64,000 bases of DNA from Bdellovibrionales bacterium (GTDB lineage: Bacteria > Bdellovibrionota > Bdellovibrionia > Bdellovibrionales > JAGQZY01). The stretch covers positions 128,001 through 192,000 of the forward strand of contig CAXRHT010000001.1 in the NCBI GenBank assembly GCA_964230645.1, in the 5' to 3' direction. A program made the translations under genes and the position numbers. Below are positions 9,563-17,651 of the stretch, in pieces; position 1 is the first letter of the stretch, and the number at the start of each line of letters is the position of its first letter. The notes under the pieces were generated by a model, which was given only the letters and a program-made list of their open reading frames with translations, was not told the DNA's origin and did not search any database.

Positions 9563-10402
9563 TTGGGGGGACAAGTGTTAATTCTTTCAGCACTACTCAG
9601 TGTATTCGTCATGGCTAATGAAGCCGATCATTCAAAAAGTTATTACAATATAGAAGAAGCCAAAATGAGGTGTCAGACTTCCTACACCCAAAGTCCCACC
9701 CTTTATATGAGTGAGTACTCTTGGGGCTATTCCCTCAAGACGATGAGAGGGAAGTTTGAAGAGATCTATGCTTCTGGAAAAAGGTTAGACTTCCACAATG
9801 AGTACAACAAAGACGAAGATCAGTTTTACCTCTACCTCAATAAGTTCAGCGAGGTAAAGCCTCTGGCCATCACCGAAGATTTTATTAAAAGTGTGACCTA
9901 TCAAATTGAATCCGCTCACAACGAAGGTTTTGCAGAGTTTGTTTTCTTCCCTGACATGGGCCACTCTCACCTTTATTTTCCACTGGATCACTGGGAAAAA
10001 GAGTACGAAAGTAAAGATTTTGAGCAAGAAGAGCGCTATCAAAAGATGCTCGCTGACCCGAAGATGCGTCCCCTTTACCACTTAACCGAACAGCTTCAAA
10101 TGCAAGACGAACACGAAGAAGTGATCGACGATCCTGTTTTAGCTTTCAAATACTGGCATCGTAATTTCATGGGCTACAACAACAGCTCTTATTCCTTTGA
10201 GATCCCGGTTAATAAAGAGGAAAACTACAACACGGTTCGCGAGGTTCCAGGCTACCACCGCTGGAGTGCCGGTTTTGCTGTGAGTGCCAGTGAAGATGGC
10301 TGCTTTCCTTACCGAGACGCTGATGGCAACAAACGCTATTTTGACATTAGCATGCACGACCCGGGCTACGAACCTGGAGAGGGTTCCGGCTACGGGCTCT
10401 AA
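9563..10402 (+). CDS. Secreted hypothetical protein (acidic, DMGHSH motif)
   Basis: Long ORF, TTG start after GGGGA, signal-peptide-like N-terminus. Confidence 0.75.
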   Translation: MGGQVLILSALLSVFVMANEADHSKSYYNIEEAKMRCQTSYTQSPTLYMSEYSWGYSLKTMRGKFEEIYASGKRLDFHNEYNKDEDQFYLYLNKFSEVKPLAITEDFIKSVTYQIESAHNEGFAEFVFFPDMGHSHLYFPLDHWEKEYESKDFEQEERYQKMLADPKMRPLYHLTEQLQMQDEHEEVIDDPVLAFKYWHRNFMGYNNSSYSFEIPVNKEENYNTVREVPGYHRWSAGFAVSASEDGCFPYRDADGNKRYFDISMHDPGYEPGEGSGYGL

Positions 10403-10460
10403 TGACCCCATGCTCCTTAGCGGGTATGCATGAGATTTCAAATCGCGCTATAAATATTCA

Positions 10461-11267
10461 ATGACGATAAAAAGAAAACTGCACGAGATTATCTTTGAAG
10501 CCGAAACCCGTGGGGGTCGGATTTTCGATGTGGTTTTAATTATAGCTATTGTTTTGAGTGTAGCCACCTCAATGGCTGAATCGGTGGCGGCTATCAGGCA
10601 AGGCCATGAACAACTTTTTTTCTACCTAGAAGTGGGCTTTACTCTATTTTTTACCATCGAGTATGCTTTAAGAATTTACTGCTCAAAGAACACCTCTTCC
10701 TATGCTCTCAGTTTTTTTGGAGTCGTCGACCTCTTAGCCACTCTCCCCTTTTACATTTCAATCATCGTTCCGGGGGCACAAAGCCTATCCATTGTTCGAG
10801 CTTTACGAATCGTGCGAATCTTTCGAGTACTAAAACTCAACCGTTATGCGATGGCAGGACAGCAACTTTCAAAAGCCATGAAACAAAGTTGGCCAAAAAT
10901 TTTTGTATTTTTGATCACTGTCGTCAGTAGTGTTTCTATTATGGGAGCCTTGATTTACCTCATAGAAGGACCCGGCAATGGTTTCACCAGTATTCCTCGC
11001 GGGGTTTACTGGGCCGTTGTCACCATGACCACCGTCGGTTACGGAGATCTCGCCCCACAAACACCCTTTGGACAGTTCATGAGTGTCGTTTTAATGATAC
11101 TTGGATATGGAGTGATCGCTGTTCCCACTGGAATTGTGTCTTCTGAAATCATTCAAGACAACAGAGACTGGGCACTGACTAAAACTTGTCCGCAATGTTT
11201 TAAAGAAGGTCATGAACGCGGGGCCCATTACTGCAACCGCTGCGGGCACAATTTAAAGTCTCAATAG
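10461..11267 (+). CDS. Voltage-gated potassium channel-type ion transporter with C-terminal zinc ribbon
   Basis: S4 RALRIVRIFRVLK, filter TTVGYGD, CPQC...CNRCG. Confidence 0.93.
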   Translation: MTIKRKLHEIIFEAETRGGRIFDVVLIIAIVLSVATSMAESVAAIRQGHEQLFFYLEVGFTLFFTIEYALRIYCSKNTSSYALSFFGVVDLLATLPFYISIIVPGAQSLSIVRALRIVRIFRVLKLNRYAMAGQQLSKAMKQSWPKIFVFLITVVSSVSIMGALIYLIEGPGNGFTSIPRGVYWAVVTMTTVGYGDLAPQTPFGQFMSVVLMILGYGVIAVPTGIVSSEIIQDNRDWALTKTCPQCFKEGHERGAHYCNRCGHNLKSQ

Positions 11268-11306
11268 GTAGCCAATCAGGCCCATGAAATTATAGATTCT
11301 GAGACT

Positions 11307-12149
11307 TTACATCATCAACTGACAGCCCGACTCCATGATTACAAGGCTTAGGAAATCATCGATGCTTGCTTCCAGGTCATCTCGACAAATATCCCAGTGC
11401 CAGCCACCACTGGCGTAGGCGAATTGTTTTAGGTCTTCTAAATCGTTGTCCATCCATTCTTGAATTTGAGGTGGCAGAACATTTCCTTGAAATCGATTCG
11501 GCAAAACTCCAGACATATCCGCCGAACAAGTGGGACTCATATCGGATAACTCCATTCCATTTTCCAAATTCACTGAAATGGCTCCGGCCATAAACCTAGT
11601 CGTACCCAGAGCTTGTTTAATCAAAGCCAGTTCTTCTTCCGGGCTTCCATACTCAAAACCGGGAGCCGCGTCTGTAATTATGAGGGCTGCCACCATATCT
11701 TCTCCTCGAAGATCATCGAGATTGGCCACCACGGACCTTGAAATTGAGCTGTAGGTAATTTCCTTATTTCCAGAAGTTAAATTATAAATGGGATCGCTGT
11801 TTGTTCCCACTGGCAAGACTCCACTAAAAGGACCAGAGATTCTCGCCGCTAATTCTTCATCGGCATTAGGCATTGCATCTGTAAGGAAAGCGGGCGATCC
11901 ATAGGGGCGATAATTATTGAATTCCACGTCTTCATAGAGAATGTTACTTGTCGCAATTCGAAATTTTCCACAGGTGTTTTTCATTTTATTAGTTATTCGT
12001 GGAATGAGCTGAGCCACTTTCCCGCGATTGTCATCAAGCGACCCACTAAAATCTAAGTAGATCATGAGGGTCACGTCGTTTGCTAGTGCCGACTGTGAAC
12101 TTGAGCAAACTAAAACAAGGGCGATCAAAATCAATCGTAAATGAGACAA
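11307..12149 (-). CDS. Secreted vWA-domain-like protein
   Basis: Signal peptide (ALA-ND), MIDAS DFSGS and IITD; TTG start with AGGAG upstream. Confidence 0.7.
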   Translation of the reverse strand: MSHLRLILIALVLVCSSSQSALANDVTLMIYLDFSGSLDDNRGKVAQLIPRITNKMKNTCGKFRIATSNILYEDVEFNNYRPYGSPAFLTDAMPNADEELAARISGPFSGVLPVGTNSDPIYNLTSGNKEITYSSISRSVVANLDDLRGEDMVAALIITDAAPGFEYGSPEEELALIKQALGTTRFMAGAISVNLENGMELSDMSPTCSADMSGVLPNRFQGNVLPPQIQEWMDNDLEDLKQFAYASGGWHWDICRDDLEASIDDFLSLVIMESGCQLMM

Positions 12150-12265
12150 TTTATTACTCCTAAGCTGTTTCTTATTTTTACTACAAATGCCTTGATGATT
12201 GAGATTTTATTGATTTTGCTTGAACTATTTTCAAACTGTCTAAAATTTAAATAGCTGACTCCCTG

Positions 12266-12467
12266 ATGTCGTTTTGGGTGATCGAGAAATGTCGCTTTGG
12301 GGAGAATTAGAAATGTCGTCTTGAACTGATGTATGAATGTCGTCCTGAGGCGAAGCCGAAGGACCTTGGAGTTCGATCGAAGCCCTCTCAGATCCTTCGG
12401 CTTCGCCTCAGGATGACAGTGGGAGCTCGCCTCAGGAGGGCAATAGAGAGCGTTCCTCCGGACGACA
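12266..12467. repeat. REP-like palindrome flanked by degenerate 23-25 bp arm copies
   Basis: 26-bp inverted arms TGTCGTCCTGAGGCGAAGCCGAAGGA (12338-12363) / TCCTTCGGCTTCGCCTCAGGATGACA (12393-12418); TGTCG recurs at 12267, 12290, 12314; decayed right-arm copies end at 12442 and 12467. Confidence 0.88.
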
Positions 12468-12475
12468 TTGTTTTT

Positions 12476-14149
12476 TCAAAGACCAAATAAACCCCGTAAA
12501 GAGTCTTGAATAAGGCCAATGGAATTGGGTAAATCCACCCCAAGGCTACGATCTAAAAACTCCGAAACCATATGATAGGCCTCATTAATGACGAGTGGGA
12601 CACTGGCTGTAAAACCGATCCGTTGAATCCAGATTTGCACCTGGGAGTGTTCAACGAGAACGTTGAGCGTTCCGATTTGTGTTCCTAAAAGCTCTCCTTC
12701 ATTGGCAAGCTCCAAACTTCTTTCAAGAGAGGTGGGAAGAATGTCTTTGGCTTTCAGTTCAGCAATATTTTCTGTAAGGCCCTGTTTGAAAGCCATAAAA
12801 TCTGAACTGTAAAAAGGAATGCGTGAGAAACTGGTGTAAAATTGTCTTTCACCATGGCGAGCGGCAATATCACGAGCCGCGACAACAAATGCCTCTGTCC
12901 CGCGTGCTTCTCGAATTTTATGGAGAGTTTCAATATCACTTAAATGCTGATCGATGGCCCGTTGGTTTAAAACGCCTTTGATAAACTGATAAAGCAGTAA
13001 ACGCCCGGCCTCGCTAATTTGCCCCAACCGGTCGGTAACCCACGTAAAGACGCCTACTTTTTGAGAGTCTGGGCGGATACGAAAACCTCCCCCTGGGATT
13101 AGGTCCACTTTGGTAATAAGAAAATCGGTCAGGCCACTAATGGGAGCTACGAGTGTTTGAACCCAGTAACTTCTAGTTTCAGCTTCAAGATCGTGTGTGA
13201 GCAAAACAGTCAATGGAGCCTCTGGCCTATAAACTCGGCGACGGCCTTGTGAATAGAGACTTGGAGCGGCTCCAAAAACCTGCTTTACAAACTGGCGGTC
13301 TATGCGAGCCTCAGAATCAAAAAGGTAAGGCATTAAATTGTTACTAATCGAGTTCGGCGGAAGCATCCCACGCAGTTCGGCTTGCAGAGCCGTTAAGGCT
13401 TGCAGACGATTGTAGGCTGTCACCACGGTTTGAGGGGAAACTTGAGTTGGGCTTGGCAATTCTCCCTCTCCCTCTGCGCCATTATCCGCGACCGTGTTTA
13501 GGTCTTCAATACTGGCCTGTAATCCTCTGGCTTGTACTTGCTCTAAAAATTCGTCTAGCTTCAGACCTCGGGAATGAAGAATCCTTTCTAGCTCTCCATT
13601 TTCCGTCATCTCGGTGATCACCCAATCGGCTGCTGAAAAGTCAGAATAATTATCTCCAAGAACTTCGATGGACTGATCCATAAGATTTGTTAGTTCGGTT
13701 TCATACTGAGAGGCTTCGTTCTGGTCGATCAATGTATTGTTCAGCAAATTTCCCAATTCCATATAAAGAAGGCGACTGGTGTGAAGGATTCTTGCTTCGC
13801 CGAGGACAACATCGTAAAGATGGCGCAGCTTCTCCACCACACGATGAGGATCACCGGTTCGAATAGACATTCGCCACTGGTGAATCATCTTCTCGCGGGC
13901 TTCGCGAGTTTCTCGAACATGGGCTCCCCGTCGATTTTTCAGAGACTCAATTTCTGAGTTTAATTCCATGATACTGCGATAGGTATGAAGATCTTCTGCC
14001 AGTGCTTCAATTTCATTGTTGAAAGCATCAATCGTTGGCGTTTGAGTTTGAGTGCCCTCAAAGACCTTTTGGCAAGAGAGACTGGCCCAAGATGAGGAAG
14101 CTCCCAATAAAATGGAAAGGAAAATAAGGCTCAATAACCGCATCAACAT
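12476..14149 (-). CDS. Exported hypothetical protein, mostly helical
   Basis: 557-aa ORF, signal peptide (SSWA-SLSC), SD GAGGG; no recognisable domain. Confidence 0.8.
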   Translation of the reverse strand: MLMRLLSLIFLSILLGASSSWASLSCQKVFEGTQTQTPTIDAFNNEIEALAEDLHTYRSIMELNSEIESLKNRRGAHVRETREAREKMIHQWRMSIRTGDPHRVVEKLRHLYDVVLGEARILHTSRLLYMELGNLLNNTLIDQNEASQYETELTNLMDQSIEVLGDNYSDFSAADWVITEMTENGELERILHSRGLKLDEFLEQVQARGLQASIEDLNTVADNGAEGEGELPSPTQVSPQTVVTAYNRLQALTALQAELRGMLPPNSISNNLMPYLFDSEARIDRQFVKQVFGAAPSLYSQGRRRVYRPEAPLTVLLTHDLEAETRSYWVQTLVAPISGLTDFLITKVDLIPGGGFRIRPDSQKVGVFTWVTDRLGQISEAGRLLLYQFIKGVLNQRAIDQHLSDIETLHKIREARGTEAFVVAARDIAARHGERQFYTSFSRIPFYSSDFMAFKQGLTENIAELKAKDILPTSLERSLELANEGELLGTQIGTLNVLVEHSQVQIWIQRIGFTASVPLVINEAYHMVSEFLDRSLGVDLPNSIGLIQDSLRGLFGL

Positions 14150-14357
14150 AAAAGTCCCTCACTACAGTGACTGTTTCAGGTAAGGAACCACGGTTATCAT
14201 AGTCTTTTCATTGTTATAAGATCTGTTGCACTTTTTGCAGTCTCGTATGGAATTTATACAATATTTTTCTTAGTATTTTTAGTTACTTAGAGACTAGACC
14301 TCACCTATTAGTTAAGACTCACACAGAACTCTAGTAAAACCAAATAACTTCGCCTTA

Positions 14358-14543
14358 TTAAATGGTGCCGGGATAGATTTTCTTTTTACTTTGGCTCATC
14401 TTCGATTTTTGCAGGAATTGCTCATCACGCTTAAGGCGCACATCAGGGTCGGAGGGCTCTACCCAAAATCGAGCTTGAGGTTCAGGAGTGTGCACACACC
14501 CCACCAAAACGACATACATCAGCACCGCCAATATTGCTTTCAC
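14358..14543 (-). CDS. Small putative lipoprotein
   Basis: GTG start with AAGGA SD, lipobox LVGC. Confidence 0.6.
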   Translation of the reverse strand: MKAILAVLMYVVLVGCVHTPEPQARFWVEPSDPDVRLKRDEQFLQKSKMSQSKKKIYPGTI

Positions 14544-14819
14544 TTAACAAATTCCTTTATTTCATTATGATCTTTAGCCCACACCTAACATAAACTTTTC
14601 ATCCTAACAGTGAAAAAAAAGTCACAATGAAAGTTTTTCGATCCCGCCAAGTTCCTAGATAGGGAGGCCTCCCTTTCTTCTTTTTATTTCTCTATAGATA
14701 ATCAATTAAAATGACTGAGCAGGCCTAATTAACTTGGTCTACATTTTTCCGAAAAAATTAAATCAAACAAAACCTTTCAAAAAGAGACTTTTTTCTCTGG
14801 AGTTCCGTCCAAGCCACGA

Positions 14820-14993
14820 TCCCCAAGCTGCCATTAATAATAATTCTCTAAAGGGCTCTCGTGAGCGTGACGCGTTTTCGCCCGCAGGGCGAAACACCAG
14901 CAAGGTCCACGGCATGCGAAGCTGTACAGCTTCGCATGTGGCCGTCATGGATGCCGGCCCTGTAGAGATTTATTATTAATGGCAGTTTGGGGA
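14820..14993. mobile_element. MITE-like or structured non-coding element, 174 bp
   Basis: 37-bp terminal inverted repeats 14820-14856 / 14957-14993 (3 mismatches); internal hairpin TTTCGCCC-GCA-GGGCGAAA and perfect 26-bp palindrome at 14913-14938; no obvious target-site duplication. Confidence 0.6.
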
Positions 14994-15002
14994 GCCGAGG
15001 AC

Positions 15003-15192
15003 TTCGATCGAGCTCTCACAGATCCTTCGGCTTCGCCTCAGGATGACAATGGAGGTTCGCCTCAGGACGACAATGGAGGTTCGCCTCAGGACGACAATGG
15101 AGGTTCGCCTCAGGACGACAATGGAGGTTCGCCCCAGGACGACAATGGAGGTTCGCCTTAGGACGACAATGGAGGTTCGCCCCAGGATGACA
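15003..15192. repeat. REP-derived 24-bp tandem array (about 6.7 copies)
   Basis: Unit TTCGCCTCAGGACGACAATGGAGG at 15032-15192; 15019-15048 is identical to 12389-12418; ends directly against the mpl stop codon. Confidence 0.95.
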
Positions 15193-16605
15193 CTAAGACT
15201 CCAGGGCCTCTAAGATTTTTTGATAGATCCCTTGAAAGGAGCCATTGCTCATAATTAGAACTGTGTCCCCTTTCTTAGCCCGCGCCTTGATTTCTGCAAT
15301 CGCAACAGCAACGTCTTCAAACACAAGAGCTCTTTTGTTTTCATTGATTTTCGCTGCAATTTTATCCACATCTAAGAAATCAGCCGAGTTCATATTTTGA
15401 GTGCCCGAGGCTGGGCGACAAAGAAAGGTTTCATCGGCCATCAAAAAGGCTTCTTCATACTCTTTCTGAAAAATATTTCGCCTGGAGGTATTTGATCTTG
15501 GTTCAAATAGAGCAAAAAGTTTACCGCGCTCCTTTCTTCCCTGCAGACTGGCGATGGTGGCCTTCACTGCCGTGGGATGATGAGCAAAATCTTCGATCAC
15601 CTGGATTCCACCAGGCTCCCCGATCAATTCTTGTCGGCGCTTCACCCCTTGAAAAGAGCGAAAAGAGGACGCTAAGTCGGATTTAAAACCAAGAGTCTTG
15701 CAAAGAGCGTAGACCGCTAGCCCATTGAGTGCATTGTAGCCTCCAAACATGGGGATAAATATTTTCTCTTCGACTCTCCCCTTATAATTGACATCAAATT
15801 CAATCCCTTGTCTTAAGAACTCCAAGTGCGACAAAGTCCAGTCACCCTCATGTTGGCCATAGGAGACTTTTTGAGCGTTACAGTGCTCCAACAAGCCTCG
15901 AATATTACGATCTTCACTATTATAAACCAGAAGGCCTTCTTTTTCTGGAATCAGTTCCATAAGACTTTTAAAGGCCTTTAGAATTTCATCGAGGTTTGAG
16001 TAAATATCGGCGTGGTCAAACTCAATATTTCCTAAAATAACCGAACGGGGTTTGTAGAAGGTGAACTTTGGCACCTTGGCAAAAAAAGCGGTGTCATACT
16101 CATCGCCTTCAATCACAAAATGTTCGCCTTTGGGATTTTGAAAAGAGCCTTCAAAATTTTTTGCTATTCCCCCAATTAAAAAACCGGGTTTAAGTCCTTC
16201 CTGCTGACACATCCAGGAGAGCATTGAAGTGGTGGTGGTTTTTCCATGTGTACCGGCAACAACCATGGAGTGTCGATCTTCGATCACAAAATCTCGAAGG
16301 GTTTCCGGAAGGCTGGCATAAGGGATGTCTTTTTGTAAAAGTGCTTCGGCCTCTTCAAAATGCTTTGAGATAACATTACCCACAACAACAAAGTCAGGAT
16401 TGGAGTCTAAATTGCTCGCCTTATAACCTTGCAGAATCTCTATGCCCTGTTTTTCTAAAAAGGTCGACATAGGAGGATAAACATTTTGATCACTTCCCGT
16501 CACTCTAAAGCCTCTTTCCTTTAGCAGCCCCGCTAGTGAAGCCATAGCGGTTCCACAAATACCCATTAGATGAATATGGTCTCCAGACTTTAATTGATGT
16601 TTCAT
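15193..16605 (-). CDS. mpl: Murein peptide ligase (UDP-MurNAc:L-Ala-gamma-D-Glu-mDAP ligase)
   Basis: HLMGICGTAMASLA, SDQNVYPPMS, AGTHGKTTT, EGDEYDTAFF, DFAHHPTA, FEPRSNT. Confidence 0.93.
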   Translation of the reverse strand: MKHQLKSGDHIHLMGICGTAMASLAGLLKERGFRVTGSDQNVYPPMSTFLEKQGIEILQGYKASNLDSNPDFVVVGNVISKHFEEAEALLQKDIPYASLPETLRDFVIEDRHSMVVAGTHGKTTTTSMLSWMCQQEGLKPGFLIGGIAKNFEGSFQNPKGEHFVIEGDEYDTAFFAKVPKFTFYKPRSVILGNIEFDHADIYSNLDEILKAFKSLMELIPEKEGLLVYNSEDRNIRGLLEHCNAQKVSYGQHEGDWTLSHLEFLRQGIEFDVNYKGRVEEKIFIPMFGGYNALNGLAVYALCKTLGFKSDLASSFRSFQGVKRRQELIGEPGGIQVIEDFAHHPTAVKATIASLQGRKERGKLFALFEPRSNTSRRNIFQKEYEEAFLMADETFLCRPASGTQNMNSADFLDVDKIAAKINENKRALVFEDVAVAIAEIKARAKKGDTVLIMSNGSFQGIYQKILEALES

Positions 16606-17651
16606 TTTTTCTCCTCAACTCCTGCAACAATCCAATCGTGAATCTTTGGCCTCAAGGAAACAAAATCACGATTCTCCCGGGTGGGATGAACACGATTACT
16701 CAAAATACAAACGTAAAGATCTCTTTTGGGATCAAACCAAAAAGAGGTACCCGTAAAGCCGGTGTGACCAAAAGAGGTTTTTGAAAATAGGTCACCGGCC
16801 GAGGAGTTCTCTTGGCTTGGCAGCATAAAGCCAAGTCCCCAGTCACCTTTTGCTTTTGGCACACTTCTTTTGATGAATTTTTTAAAAACAGTCTCATCAA
16901 TCCTTTTGGTTTTACCTAATAAAGCTTCTCTTAAAAGTCTCCCGTAGGCACTTAAATCATCAATACTTCCAAAAAGACCGGCGTGAGGAGCCACTCCCCC
17001 TAGAGACCAAGCATTTTCATCATGAACCTCACCTTGCAGAGTTTTTTTACGCCAGGGACACTTTTCCGTAGGCGCATAGAGATTTTGGTTGAGTCTTCTG
17101 TGGCCATTGGGGTTAAAGTGCAAACTTGTTTTCGGGTAAAACTCTTCATAAAGATTCTTCCAGTTCTCTAGAATGGGACTCAGACTAAGACTTTTCATCA
17201 CAGACCCTAGCAAGAAGAAGTCTATATCGGAATAAATAGCCTTCGCCTCTTTTTTTATGGGAGCTTGCCGGCAAAGCTTTTCAAGCTGTTGGTACCTTTG
17301 CTCACGATCGAGGTGAAGAGAGATTTGCTTATAAAAAGGCTCCCACCAGTTATTCCCGGCCGAGTGACTCAAAAGATCTTTTATCTTGTATTGGGAGTGA
17401 GGATACCAAGGAAGATAAAAAGAAACTTTGGAATCGACTGACATCTTTCTTTTTTGGACCTGATCGATATACCACAAAGTGGTAAAGATAATTTTAGTCA
17501 GAGAGGCTAAGTCATAATAGGCGTAGGTTTTGCCCCAGTGAAAATCCACCTGTTTTTTGCCTTTATAAAAAGCTTGGATCTGACACCCAGGGAATTTTAG
17601 GTGCTCTAACTTTTTAAATTCTTCTTGAAGTTTTTTTTCAACGGCATTCAC
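16602..17651 (-). CDS. Serine hydrolase, beta-lactamase-like fold
   Basis: DLASLTK (SxxK), YSD, GEVHDENA, GHTGFTGTS, SNRVHP. Confidence 0.9.
   Translation of the reverse strand: MNAVEKKLQEEFKKLEHLKFPGCQIQAFYKGKKQVDFHWGKTYAYYDLASLTKIIFTTLWYIDQVQKRKMSVDSKVSFYLPWYPHSQYKIKDLLSHSAGNNWWEPFYKQISLHLDREQRYQQLEKLCRQAPIKKEAKAIYSDIDFFLLGSVMKSLSLSPILENWKNLYEEFYPKTSLHFNPNGHRRLNQNLYAPTEKCPWRKKTLQGEVHDENAWSLGGVAPHAGLFGSIDDLSAYGRLLREALLGKTKRIDETVFKKFIKRSVPKAKGDWGLGFMLPSQENSSAGDLFSKTSFGHTGFTGTSFWFDPKRDLYVCILSNRVHPTRENRDFVSLRPKIHDWIVAGVEEKK

Noticed and set aside
14661..14686. AGGGAGGCCTCCCT plus T-tract as terminator of a hidden plus-strand sRNA
   Set aside because: Only a 5-bp stem is possible and no supporting promoter was found
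14734..14979. Short ORFs across the TIR element (14734..14979, 14763..14948)
   Set aside because: No SD or protein-like features; explained by the non-coding element
14820..14993. SRP RNA, 6S RNA or retron ncRNA
   Set aside because: CAGG-GC-GAAA-CACC-AGCA lacks the paired 3+3 spacing of SRP helix 8; the branched core is unlike the 6S rod with central bubble; no reverse transcriptase nearby. An Rfam search is still warranted
14979..15161. 60-aa SPQDDNGG repeat protein
   Set aside because: By-product of a 24-bp repeat; starts inside the TIR with no SD, and a unit variant creates the stop
15032..15192. CRISPR array
   Set aside because: Units are contiguous with identical linkers, no unique spacers and no cas genes in the window
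16602..17651. Antibiotic-resistance beta-lactamase
   Set aside because: No signal peptide; YSD and HTG motifs and position between ldcA and mpl favour a recycling hydrolase
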